DNA from: Vicinamibacterales bacterium
GTDB lineage: Bacteria > Acidobacteriota > Vicinamibacteria > Vicinamibacterales > SCN-69-37
Direction of reading: 5' to 3'
Length of the DNA stretch: 64,000 nt
Assembly: GCA_038319675.1 (NCBI GenBank)
Contig: JBBQDM010000008.1
Coordinates: forward strand, 59,185 to 123,184
Below are positions 9,936 through 17,985 of the stretch, piece after piece (the stretch's first letter is position 1; each line of letters begins with the position of its first letter). The notes under the pieces are model-generated. The model was not told the origin of the DNA. It searched no databases and was given only the letters and a program-made list of their open reading frames with translations. Made by a program: the position numbers and the translations under genes.

Positions 9936-11063
9936 CTACGGCTTGCGCTCTCGGGTCACCAAAGGAATCCGCAGACAGCTATCAACTGCCGGAACTGTCG
10001 TCAAAACGATATCACCTCCGGTTGAATCAATTGCGATTGACGGCATGCCGGGGGCCTGGACGTACCTTAGCTGCGAACCAAAGAGGTTCGCGGTCTCAAG
10101 AAGGACGCTGTCGCCACCGTACGCAATGCCTGTCGTCAAGGCCAACAGCGGGAGAGGGCACTCAGCGCCGCCCACTCCAGCAATCTCTCCACCGGGCGCG
10201 CCGGAGCCTGTGAACAAGACGGATCGGCTGGGCCGTGAACGGGCGAGGACGACATCGATTGAGTTAGAGAGTGATGCAAACATCTTGCAGGTGGGGGCAA
10301 ATCCGACTGCAGCTACATAGACACGCTCATTCGGAGCCACCTGAGCCAAGGGAAAGCGCCCGGGGCTGATTGGTGCGATCCTCCGGAAGCCGCTCGCCAG
10401 AACTTGAGCGGCGACGGGCTGTCCATTCGGTCCACGAACTTCCAAGATGGCGTCATTCGGCGCGACAGCTATGGACACGTTCGTGGTCGCTCCCTCCTGC
10501 ACCTGAAACCTGATCGAACCCGTACCTGCAACAATCGAATGGACCATCAGGTCATACGTTCCTGAGCTTAGGCCCGCGAGCTTTGTGCCCACCGTCGACG
10601 GTTCAACTACGATTCGACTTGTCGACTGGTACAGCCTGTCGTCCATTGGCCCATTGAGCGACAAGACCATCGGAGCTGTGACTGGTGCGTCGTTCGCGTC
10701 GACAATCGAGACATTTGCTCCACCAGTAGGCAGCGCAATAGTCACATCGCTCTCGCCGCGCTGAACATCGACGACGTAGGCTGGAAAAATAATGGGATCG
10801 TTTTGAAAAAAGGCTATGGAATGTCGCCCGGTTGGCAGCGTGACCGAGAACACACCATCAACGACTGGAACATTAACTTCATCTCTCGTGTCATCGCTCT
10901 TCAGCCGAACCTCGCCGCTGGACAGTGGACTATTGCCAATGACGACTAAGCCAGACAGATCTGATTTTCCTGGTAGCCAGCTGTTTACGACGGCAGGGAT
11001 CAGAATGACCACTGCGATCAGGCCCAGGGCGTGAACAACGAGACGAATCTTTCTTGCCAGCAT
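9936..11063 (-). CDS. Signal-anchored beta-sandwich repeat protein (carboxypeptidase-regulatory-like), unknown function
   Basis: Has an N-terminal TM (LIAVVILIPAVV) and repeated V/T/S-rich beta-strand-like segments. Confidence 0.5.
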   Translation of the reverse strand: MLARKIRLVVHALGLIAVVILIPAVVNSWLPGKSDLSGLVVIGNSPLSSGEVRLKSDDTRDEVNVPVVDGVFSVTLPTGRHSIAFFQNDPIIFPAYVVDVQRGESDVTIALPTGGANVSIVDANDAPVTAPMVLSLNGPMDDRLYQSTSRIVVEPSTVGTKLAGLSSGTYDLMVHSIVAGTGSIRFQVQEGATTNVSIAVAPNDAILEVRGPNGQPVAAQVLASGFRRIAPISPGRFPLAQVAPNERVYVAAVGFAPTCKMFASLSNSIDVVLARSRPSRSVLFTGSGAPGGEIAGVGGAECPLPLLALTTGIAYGGDSVLLETANLFGSQLRYVQAPGMPSIAIDSTGGDIVLTTVPAVDSCLRIPLVTRERKP

Positions 11064-11114
11064 TCTTCAGGCCTCCCGCTTCGAATGATGTTTCGCAGAT
11101 CGCCACACACGGTA

Positions 11115-11162
11115 CGAGGTGCGCCAGCAACAGATACGACGGCTCGCAGCTGGCGCACCTCG
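11115..11162 (-). promoter_or_regulatory. Perfect 14-bp stem / 20-nt loop hairpin between peptide gene and downstream gene
   Basis: CGAGGTGCGCCAGC (11115-11128) is the exact reverse complement of GCTGGCGCACCTCG (11149-11162). No U-tract follows. Confidence 0.8.
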
Positions 11163-11188
11163 ACTTTGCGCGATACGCAGGTTAGGTT

Positions 11189-11470
11189 CTAGAACGGTGG
11201 GCAGTCTATGGAGCCACTGGTGTAAGCCGTCTTGGTCTTCGGGTCAATTTTCTTGCAGGTCGCATCGCAGTAGGTACCTTTCTGCCAGAATTCGCCAGGA
11301 CACGTGTCCTCGCCTCCACAGTTGCTCCAGCCGAATGCACCTTCCATCATGGAGCAGGTGAAAGTTGTGTCTTCGGCCTGGATGGACTCCGGAACCACGA
11401 CTGCCGCTACCGCAAGGAATGCGCCGACTATTAGAGCAAGTTTTAGTATTCGTGTCACGTTGCCGGTCAT
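11189..11470 (-). CDS. Small secreted Cys-rich peptide (93 aa, 6 Cys in mature part)
   Basis: The internal Met start (MTGNVTRILKLALIVGAFLAVAAVV) gives a signal peptide. AAAGGGG lies upstream of the ATG and a promoter-like TTGCAA-N16-TATACT lies further upstream. Confidence 0.65.
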   Translation of the reverse strand: MTGNVTRILKLALIVGAFLAVAAVVVPESIQAEDTTFTCSMMEGAFGWSNCGGEDTCPGEFWQKGTYCDATCKKIDPKTKTAYTSGSIDCPPF

Positions 11471-11558
11471 TTGTGCCCCTTTCGATTCGCATCTCTGGTC
11501 GACCAGTACCAAGGTGCGACAATTGATGCGTTTGTTTGGTTGTCTAGTCCGAGGCGGT

Positions 11559-11586
11559 AGTATACACACGCTCAGGGTATTTGCAA
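11559..11586 (-). promoter_or_regulatory. Sigma-70-like promoter for the Cys-rich peptide operon
   Basis: The minus strand reads TTGCAA (11586-11581), 16 nt, then TATACT (11564-11559), about 90 nt upstream of the ATG at 11470. Confidence 0.45.
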
Positions 11587-11823
11587 GAGGCCGTCTCGTT
11601 TGTAGTCGTGTGCAGGCTGGGCACGCCAGACCGCCCTAACTAACCCGCATAATTCATATAGAGGAACGCACGAGGCAATATCGCGCGTGTGAGCTCCCGC
11701 ACGAGTTCCCGTGCAGGGCAGACGGTCATGCCGTTCGGGTGTGAGCGGCGTGTAAGCGATTCGCCTGAAATTGTGAGACACCTCCGGCGTGTGCCGGTGT
11801 CGACCGGGGGTACGGGGCGAGAT

Positions 11824-12098
11824 TTATCGAGAGGTGGCGCCGAGTGCGCGGGCAATCTGGGCCCAGACGCGTTGCTCCGGGTGGCCGCGTGGGGCATGAC
11901 AAATCAGCCGACGTCCCTGGCGGACGATCCAGACGCCGATCGTGACGAGCGCCTGGCGCAGGCGCGGGCCTTGGGCGCCGCGCAGCGTGGTCTGGTTCGC
12001 GTAGATCTGCAGATGCTGCAGCAACGCATAGGCCGCAGCGGTGAGGAGCACCCGAAATTGATTGGCCCAGAACAGCGGACAACGGGTGCGTCCGAAGC
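11824..12098 (-). pseudogene. C-terminal fragment of a DDE transposase (IS1380/IS4-like)
   Basis: The translation ...RTRCPLFWANQFRVLLTAAAYALLQHL...TLR...IGVWIVRQGRRLICH... matches my recollection of IS1380-type C-termini. The N-terminal roughly 3/4 is missing and the break is exactly at the 24-nt box. Confidence 0.5.
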
Positions 12099-12121
12099 TC
12101 ATCCCCGCGTTGCCTTTTTCC
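12098..12121 (+). repeat. 24-nt box, copy 2 of 3
   Basis: Identical to the copy at 4708-4731. Confidence 0.9.
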
Positions 12122-12547
12122 AAGACCACCCTAATTGCAAAAAGACCAAGGAATTCAGCATATCCCGCCAAATTGGAATACCTAGGCGACCACCTTCGGG
12201 AGCGCCGGCTAAACCTCAAGCTCTATCAGCGGGACGCTGCGAAGTGGCTCGAAGTCTCCGTGGACACGGTCAACCGATGGGAATTGGGGCACGTGCAACC
12301 CAATTTCCGGCAGCTTCCGGCCATCTTGCGGTTCCTAGGGTACGACCCCAGACCTGAAGGGGGAGGGCTGGGAAGCAGCCTCAGAAGGCATCGGGAAGGG
12401 TGCGGTGTCTCCCAAGCTGAGATGGCCAGTGATCTCGGAGTAGCACCGGAAACCGTCGGCGCGTGGGAATCCGGAAAGCACCTGCAGCAACTTCGACAAC
12501 GGATGGACCTAGTGCGAACGTTAAAAAGGGGTGGCCGGTCGGGATAA
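12110..12547 (+). CDS. XRE-family double-HTH regulator (paralog)
   Basis: Contains LYQRDAAKWLEVSVDTVNRWELGHVQP and the second module CGVSQAEMASDLGVAPETVGAWESGK. It shares LPAILRFLGYDPRP with the other two paralogs. Confidence 0.75.
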   Translation: MPFSKTTLIAKRPRNSAYPAKLEYLGDHLRERRLNLKLYQRDAAKWLEVSVDTVNRWELGHVQPNFRQLPAILRFLGYDPRPEGGGLGSSLRRHREGCGVSQAEMASDLGVAPETVGAWESGKHLQQLRQRMDLVRTLKRGGRSG

Positions 12548-12675
12548 CGACGGGTCAACGCAGTTGTCGTTTGACATGGCTCTCATTCAAGGGCGAAAGG
12601 GCGCAGGAGCGGAAACTGTTTCCACCGACGCATTTGTCCAAGCCACGCCGCAGTAGTTTCGTTCTGGACTAATAC

Positions 12676-12703
12676 TTGACACTAGACGGATAGTTTATAT
12701 AGT
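12676..12703 (+). promoter_or_regulatory. Strong sigma-70-like promoter
   Basis: TTGACA (12676-12681), 16 nt, then TATAGT (12698-12703), about 40 nt upstream of the AAGGAGG-ATG of ORF 12743. Confidence 0.55.
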
Positions 12704-12742
12704 ATCCGCGCACTACAGGTTTTCTCTCAAGGAGGATATCTG

Positions 12743-12982
12743 ATGGCGTGGCTACGTCTTGTTCGTATATGCCGCTTTTGTCGTGATGGCCATCGCCTAT
12801 CTTTTTCTGCAGCGAACAGACTGCACAGGCGCAATGCACCCCGACTTCTGAACAATTACTGCTGTCCGACCGGCTCTCTCGCTGGAACCTGCAATTACGG
12901 TAACGGCGAAAAAGGATGTTGCGACTCGACAATTCGGCTCTACAACTCTTGGAGGACGCATGAGTGCAACAGCACCGCGTGA
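12743..12982 (+). CDS. Small Cys-rich peptide (79 aa); reading frame of the first ~30 codons is ambiguous
   Basis: AAGGAGG lies 7 nt upstream of the ATG. The C-terminal half has CC...C...CC...C and high GC3. The first third has low GC3 in this frame, whereas the +1 frame there encodes a signal-peptide-like VLFVYAAFVVMAIAYLFL. Confidence 0.5.
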   Translation: MAWLRLVRICRFCRDGHRLSFSAANRLHRRNAPRLLNNYCCPTGSLAGTCNYGNGEKGCCDSTIRLYNSWRTHECNSTA

Positions 12983-13757
12983 GACCGTCAGATTCTGGAT
13001 GGATGGCGTAACCACCGTGGCTGCGCTCGCTGGTGTTGCAATCCTTTTGTGGATGAACTGGGCGCTGTTGTTTCCGCCACCGCCCTCCGTGCCGGAATCG
13101 CCGGTGTCATTGGCGGGCGCCACCCTTCGCGGAGTCGACACCGCTCCCGTGATACTCGTCGAGTACTCGGACTACCTGTGTCCGTTCTGTTTGCGCTTCG
13201 AAGACGACATCCTGCCCACGCTGAATCAACGATACATCGACACTGGGCGCATGCAGTTGGCGTTCAAGCACCATCCGATTGAGCGGATACACCCAGGTTC
13301 GACACTAGCGTCTCAGGCGGCGTTGTGCGCCGGACGTCAGGACATGTTCTTGTCGATGCATACAGCGTTGTTTCGCGAAGGCGCGGGCCTGAATGAAGCG
13401 CGACTGGTGCAGATGGCGCAATCAAATGGTCTCGATACGCAGCAGTTTTCCCAGTGCCTGTTCGGCGACGTGTCCCTGCAAGTCCAGCGTGATATCAAGG
13501 AAGCCGAAGCTCTTGGGCTTTCGGGGACACCGGCATTCCTAGTCGGCAGCCGTCTGGCCGACGGTACTGTGAGAGTCGTCGAAGTCATCAAAGGTGCGCG
13601 ACCGGCGGCCGACTTCGAGGCTGCGATTGAGCGCGCCCTAGCGTCGCCAGGGTTTGCCCCATCACGGGCGCCCCTCGTATTCGTCGTCGGGGGAATAGGG
13701 ACTGCGGCCCTCGTGTGGTCTTGGTACCGACGACGTCTGGTCCGTCACACAGTCTAG
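12960..13757 (+). CDS. Membrane-anchored DsbA-family thiol-disulfide oxidoreductase
   Basis: Has an N-terminal TM, the thioredoxin-fold active site YSDYLCPFCLRF (CPFC), GTPAFLVG, and a C-terminal TM. Confidence 0.8.
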   Translation: MSATAPRETVRFWMDGVTTVAALAGVAILLWMNWALLFPPPPSVPESPVSLAGATLRGVDTAPVILVEYSDYLCPFCLRFEDDILPTLNQRYIDTGRMQLAFKHHPIERIHPGSTLASQAALCAGRQDMFLSMHTALFREGAGLNEARLVQMAQSNGLDTQQFSQCLFGDVSLQVQRDIKEAEALGLSGTPAFLVGSRLADGTVRVVEVIKGARPAADFEAAIERALASPGFAPSRAPLVFVVGGIGTAALVWSWYRRRLVRHTV

Positions 13758-13780
13758 GTAATGAATGGAGGTGAGAAGGT

Positions 13781-14089
13781 ATGAGAATGCTACGCAATGT
13801 CTCGATCGCGCTCTTTCTGTTGTCTGCGATAGCCGCAGCATCTGGTACGGCGGATGGCATTTCCGTGGAACTCGAGGCACGAGCCAGCGAATGCACCATC
13901 GTCCAGCCTAACAGCATGTGCACTCAGTGCGGCGGAGACCGGCCAAATCCGGTGTGCTGGATTCCTGTGGACGACAGCTGCAGCGCACTGGATTGTTCTA
14001 ACGAATCGAATTCTGTCTTTATGTGCGAAGGTGACCCACCAACGGCGGGCCAAGAGATCAAGTTCTGCACGTGCACGCCGTGTAGTTAA
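13781..14089 (+). CDS. Small secreted Cys-rich peptide (102 aa)
   Basis: GGAGGTGAGAAGG lies upstream of the ATG. It has the signal peptide MRMLRNVSIALFLLSAIAAASG and many Cys in the mature part (CTQCGG, CTCTPCS). Confidence 0.7.
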   Translation: MRMLRNVSIALFLLSAIAAASGTADGISVELEARASECTIVQPNSMCTQCGGDRPNPVCWIPVDDSCSALDCSNESNSVFMCEGDPPTAGQEIKFCTCTPCS

Positions 14090-14109
14090 CAACAAGAGTC
14101 TGCCACATG

Positions 14110-14153
14110 CCGGTCGAGGCTATCGAGCACCACAGCGCGGGAGCCTCGACCGG
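14110..14153 (+). promoter_or_regulatory. Perfect 12-bp stem / 20-nt loop hairpin between peptide gene and permease
   Basis: CCGGTCGAGGCT (14110-14121) is the exact reverse complement of AGCCTCGACCGG (14142-14153). No U-tract follows. Confidence 0.8.
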
Positions 14154-14161
14154 AAATCCGG

Positions 14162-16531
14162 ATGGTAGGATTCAGAGGGATGTCATTTCAAAAGATCTTT
14201 CGGGGCCGCTCCGCATTTTTCTTCAGCGTGGCGGGGCTAGTCGCGGCGTGCGGCGGCCTCAACCTCGCTGTGTTTTCGCTCGCAAATGCCCTGTGGCTTC
14301 GTCCAGTGCCGGTCAACGACGCCGAGCGGGTTTTCGTCGTAAATCCGTCGACCAGCAATCTCAAGTTTCCTGTCTATGAGTCGTTCGAGGCGATCGCGGA
14401 CCAGGTCGCCGGCGGCCAGAACCAGGAGCCGGTGTTGCGCTTTCCGGACCAGCCGTGGCCGCCCGAGGTGATGGGTGTAACGCCGAACTACTTCAGGTTG
14501 TTTGGTCTCGATATCCGGGGGCGGAACTTTACCGAGGAGGATAATCGTGTGGGCGCGGAGGTTGTGGCCGTTATCAGCGACCGTTTTTGGTCGAGAGCCT
14601 TTGATCGCCGTTCCGAGGTCATCGGAAGTGTCGTCCCGAGTGACCCCGTTTCAGTCCGCATCATTGGTGTGGCGCCGCCCGGGTTTGAAGGTGCGCAACG
14701 GGGAGAACGCACCGACATTTGGTTTCCCCGCGTCGTCTTTCCGCGACTACTGCGTCTACAGCCAGGAACGACGGCGCTACAAGGGATACTCTGGGTTCGC
14801 TTGGCCCGTGGTGACACGGTTGCAGAAGCAGAAGCACGCCTCGCCGCAGCGTTCCAGTCTCCGAGAACGTTGCTCCCGGTAAGGGAAATCTATGGGACTC
14901 CGAGCACGCGCACAACGTTACTGCGGGACGGTGGGGCGACTTGGGTCGTCGCTGGACTGGGTTGCTTGGTACTGATCGGGGCGTGTGCCGCGCTCGCATC
15001 GTTGCTTCTTGTGCATTTTGAACGCAGGCGTCTGGAATTCGGGATTAGGGCGGCGTTGGGGGCCTCATCGGGCCGCCTCATCCGGTCCGTCATTGGTGAA
15101 GTCGCGGCCATCGGTTTTGCGGGAACGCTTGGCGCGGCTGCTGTGGCCGAACTGGCACTTCGGGGCATTGGGGGCCTTCGGCTGCAGCTGCCGGCCGGCG
15201 TCGATTTCACCCGCCTGGATCTGTCTTTCGACTGGAGGGTTGTCCTTGCCGGGCTGACGCTGACCACGCTTACATTAGCGATCGCCGCTTTGCTGCCCAT
15301 GGCTCGGCTGACGCACGGGCGACTACTGTGTGACCTTGCGAGTGGCCCGACCGTAACGGCATCTAGGGCCTCTCAGCGTTTGCGGCAAGGGCTCCTTGGG
15401 GTCTTGGTCTGCGCCACGACCATCGTGCTGGTCTCCGCGATGCTGTTTGTCCGATCTGTGCATCGCGCATACTCGACATCGCCGGGATTCGACGTCGGAC
15501 GCCTGATCTTCGTCTCGGTGCCAATTACGCCATTTCGGACGTCCGTGAGCGACGATTTCCGCAGTGAGCGGGTGCGATTGGTGCGGGAGGCTCTGCGAGG
15601 CCTTCCCGGTGTAGAAGTCGCAGCGATTTCCGGTCCTCCGTTCGGCGAGACGAGGCAACTACAAGCGAGGAACACCAGAACCCTTTCAACGCGCGGCCGT
15701 GTGCACCGCGTTCGAGCCCCGATGATGCTTGCGAGTCCAGAGGTGCTTGCCGCGCTCGGTGTGCCGATCGTGGCGGGCCGCGACTTAACGCCCGCAGATA
15801 TCGGCGCCCATCCGAGGCCGATCGTCGTGACCAACTCGCTCGCACGGACTCTGTGGCCTTCGGAGACTCCACTCGGGCAATCGTTTGGCGACGGCTACTA
15901 TGTGGTGGTTGGGGTGGCCAAGGACTTCCTGTTTGGCTCGCTCGCCGCACCGGCCGACGGTGTGATAGTGGTGCCAACCTTCGACAATAGTGCCGTTGCA
16001 CAGTTCATATTGAGGGTCAGTCGGACTGACAGGGCGGTAGTGGACGACTTGCGCCGTCTGCTGAGTAATGTCTTGCGGGATACGCCACCGGCGACGGCGC
16101 TGACTGGACGGGAGCTGATCGAACGCGATCTCGGCCGACAGCGTCTTGGCGCTTGGTTCTTCTCAGGGTTCGGCTTGGTCGCCCTCTGGGTCGGGGTGGG
16201 CAGTGTGTTCGGCATGGTGGCGTACCTGATTGAATCGCGCCGTCGGGAGTTTGGCGTACGGCTAGCTCTGGGCGCGTCGTCCAGCAACCTCATTTGGCAC
16301 GGAATGAGTGCAGCGCTCCTGCCGGTCAGTATCGGGCTCGGGGTCGGCCTGGTTGCGGCGGCTGGCGTATCGCGCCTGTTCGAGGCAATGTTGGTCGGAG
16401 TTACGGGCCTGGACTTGCTAAGCTATCTGGCCGTGGCGGCGATACTACTGTCCGCGGCGGCGGCGGCGGCTCTTGTAGCAGCTTCGCGCCTCCGTCTCTT
16501 GGCTCCCGTAGAGGCACTGAGGACGTCGTGA
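14162..16531 (+). CDS. ADOP-type duplicated FtsX/MacB-like permease
   Basis: 789 aa with an N-terminal TM and two FtsX-like TM clusters (around aa 270-400 and 680-789). No ATPase gene is adjacent. Confidence 0.75.
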   Translation: MVGFRGMSFQKIFRGRSAFFFSVAGLVAACGGLNLAVFSLANALWLRPVPVNDAERVFVVNPSTSNLKFPVYESFEAIADQVAGGQNQEPVLRFPDQPWPPEVMGVTPNYFRLFGLDIRGRNFTEEDNRVGAEVVAVISDRFWSRAFDRRSEVIGSVVPSDPVSVRIIGVAPPGFEGAQRGERTDIWFPRVVFPRLLRLQPGTTALQGILWVRLARGDTVAEAEARLAAAFQSPRTLLPVREIYGTPSTRTTLLRDGGATWVVAGLGCLVLIGACAALASLLLVHFERRRLEFGIRAALGASSGRLIRSVIGEVAAIGFAGTLGAAAVAELALRGIGGLRLQLPAGVDFTRLDLSFDWRVVLAGLTLTTLTLAIAALLPMARLTHGRLLCDLASGPTVTASRASQRLRQGLLGVLVCATTIVLVSAMLFVRSVHRAYSTSPGFDVGRLIFVSVPITPFRTSVSDDFRSERVRLVREALRGLPGVEVAAISGPPFGETRQLQARNTRTLSTRGRVHRVRAPMMLASPEVLAALGVPIVAGRDLTPADIGAHPRPIVVTNSLARTLWPSETPLGQSFGDGYYVVVGVAKDFLFGSLAAPADGVIVVPTFDNSAVAQFILRVSRTDRAVVDDLRRLLSNVLRDTPPATALTGRELIERDLGRQRLGAWFFSGFGLVALWVGVGSVFGMVAYLIESRRREFGVRLALGASSSNLIWHGMSAALLPVSIGLGVGLVAAAGVSRLFEAMLVGVTGLDLLSYLAVAAILLSAAAAAALVAASRLRLLAPVEALRTS

Positions 16532-16576
16532 GAGACGGTTTCGGAGAATCCTTGGTCGTGAACTTGAGGTGATCGT

Positions 16577-17053
16577 ATGAGTAGGCGCCTGATGATGACT
16601 ATGACTGCGTTGCTCGTTTTGGCTGAGGGCACCCGTATCGTTTACGCGCAGCAGAAGACGGACTTTTCGGGCACGTGGAAGCTAATGGAGTACCGTTACG
16701 GCGATAAGGTGATGTCGACGAAGAATCCGATTGTCAGCGGAGCGCCCCTCAACTGCGGCGTCCAGTGCACGATCACACAGACGGCTGAGTCGCTGACCGT
16801 CTCTCGGAAACCTTCTCCGTCAGGTGAGACGCCTCGCGGCGAGTCCGTCTTCCTCGACGGACGGTCCATGGCTAACCGAATGACCGCCACCTTGGCGGGC
16901 CCCGTATTGCGCCTCACGCAGGCGTTCGCCCATATCACGGTGACGCAAACAGTCGTGCGTGAGGGTAACAAGTTGATCATGGTCACGACCGTGGCGGAGA
17001 GTCCGACAGCTCCTTACTCTCTGACGTACGAGCGGTCGCCAGTCGGCCGGTAA
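16577..17053 (+). CDS. Small secreted protein, unknown (lipocalin-like impression)
   Basis: Has the signal peptide MTMTALLVLAEGTRIVYAQQ and a beta-rich sequence. Confidence 0.55.
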   Translation: MSRRLMMTMTALLVLAEGTRIVYAQQKTDFSGTWKLMEYRYGDKVMSTKNPIVSGAPLNCGVQCTITQTAESLTVSRKPSPSGETPRGESVFLDGRSMANRMTATLAGPVLRLTQAFAHITVTQTVVREGNKLIMVTTVAESPTAPYSLTYERSPVGR

Positions 17054-17054
17054 G

Positions 17055-17078
17055 AGCGCGATGCTCCGGCGCTTTTTT
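17055..17078 (+). terminator. Weak Rho-independent terminator candidate
   Basis: AGCGC, a 9-nt loop, GCGCT, then TTTTT, immediately after the stop at 17053. Confidence 0.4.
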
Positions 17079-17281
17079 GACAGAACTACTTGGAGTCGCC
17101 AGTCCTTCGTACAGCGTCGCCACCATGAGATGCAGGTCGACGAGGCGTCGACGAGGCCAGGCACCTTGCGCGGCGTATCCCTGGTTGTAGTGACCACCCC
17201 AGTTGGGCGTCAGGCCGGGCGTCAGGAGCCGGGGCGCGAGGGACGCCCACCGAGGAAATTGTGAATTTACAGAGTGAATAT

Positions 17282-17326
17282 TGGAGCCGGCGAAAGGACT
17301 CGAACCTTCGACCTCCTGATTACGAA
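17282..17326 (-). tRNA. 3' fragment (anticodon loop to CCA) of a tRNA-Thr(CGU); not an intact gene
   Basis: The minus strand reads TTCGTAA-TCAGG-AGGTC-GAAGG-TTCGAGT-CCTTT-CGCCGGC-T-CCA. The sequence 5' of it cannot form the anticodon, D or acceptor stems. Confidence 0.55.
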
Positions 17327-17452
17327 ACGTCACCACGCTTCCAGGAGCTCCGCATCCTCTGCAAGGGCACCCTCGCCACCATGGTGCCCGCACGACGACG
17401 ATCGCAGACAACCAGAGCCAGGCTGCCTTAATAGTCGTCGGTACGATGGCCC

Positions 17453-17476
17453 CTCATCCCCGCGTTGCCTTTTTCC
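17453..17476 (+). repeat. 24-nt box, copy 3 of 3
   Basis: Identical to the copy at 4708-4731. Here the first 12 nt lie upstream of the only possible start (TTG 17465), because an in-frame TAG precedes it. Confidence 0.9.
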
Positions 17477-17908
17477 CATGCGACCATAACCACGAAAAAG
17501 CCAAGGAATTCTGCATATCCACAGAGCCTTGAGCACATCGGCGACCACCTGCGCCAATGGCGGCTCGGCCTCAAGCTGAGTCAGCGAGAAATGACGCAGC
17601 GGTTCGGCGTTTCCGTGAACACCGCCGCTCGGTGGGAACTGGGTCAACGAGAACCCGCCCTCAGGCACCTGCCGGCCATCTTTCGCTTCCTCGGGTACGA
17701 TCCACGCCCGGTAGCAGGAGGTCTCGGACAGCGGCTCCGTCAACACAGGCGAGGCCTCGGAATTTCTCAGTCAGAGATGGCTAAAGAATTCGGTGTGGGC
17801 CCAAGCACCCTGCGCGCCTGGGAGTCGGAAAGGAAAGTGCCGAATTCACGGCAGCGAGCCGAGCTACTTCGGATGTTGCGTGGCGCTTTCGGTCCAGGTG
17901 CGGTCTGA
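17465..17908 (+). CDS. XRE-family double-HTH regulator (paralog)
   Basis: Contains LSQREMTQRFGVSVNTAARWELGQREP and LGISQSEMAKEFGVGPSTLRAWESERK, plus LPAIFRFLGYDPRP. Confidence 0.75.
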   Translation: MPFSHATITTKKPRNSAYPQSLEHIGDHLRQWRLGLKLSQREMTQRFGVSVNTAARWELGQREPALRHLPAIFRFLGYDPRPVAGGLGQRLRQHRRGLGISQSEMAKEFGVGPSTLRAWESERKVPNSRQRAELLRMLRGAFGPGAV

Positions 17909-17985
17909 CCTGCGGACTACCCTTTGCAACGTCGGCCTCGGTCTACCGCTATGACGAAGTCGCGCCGGCTCAAGCACCGAGAAAC

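Noticed and set aside
12062-12109. Upstream extension of the second HTH ORF (start at 12062), and similarly 4618 for the first.
   Set aside because: The 12062 extension reads across the transposase remnant on the other strand. In paralog 3 an in-frame stop forces the TTG start inside the box, so the short form is the consistent model.
16983-17411. A 142-aa minus-strand ORF covering the tRNA fragment.
   Set aside because: It reads straight through the tRNA-like segment, has no motifs, and overlaps another equally unconvincing ORF (16820-17197).
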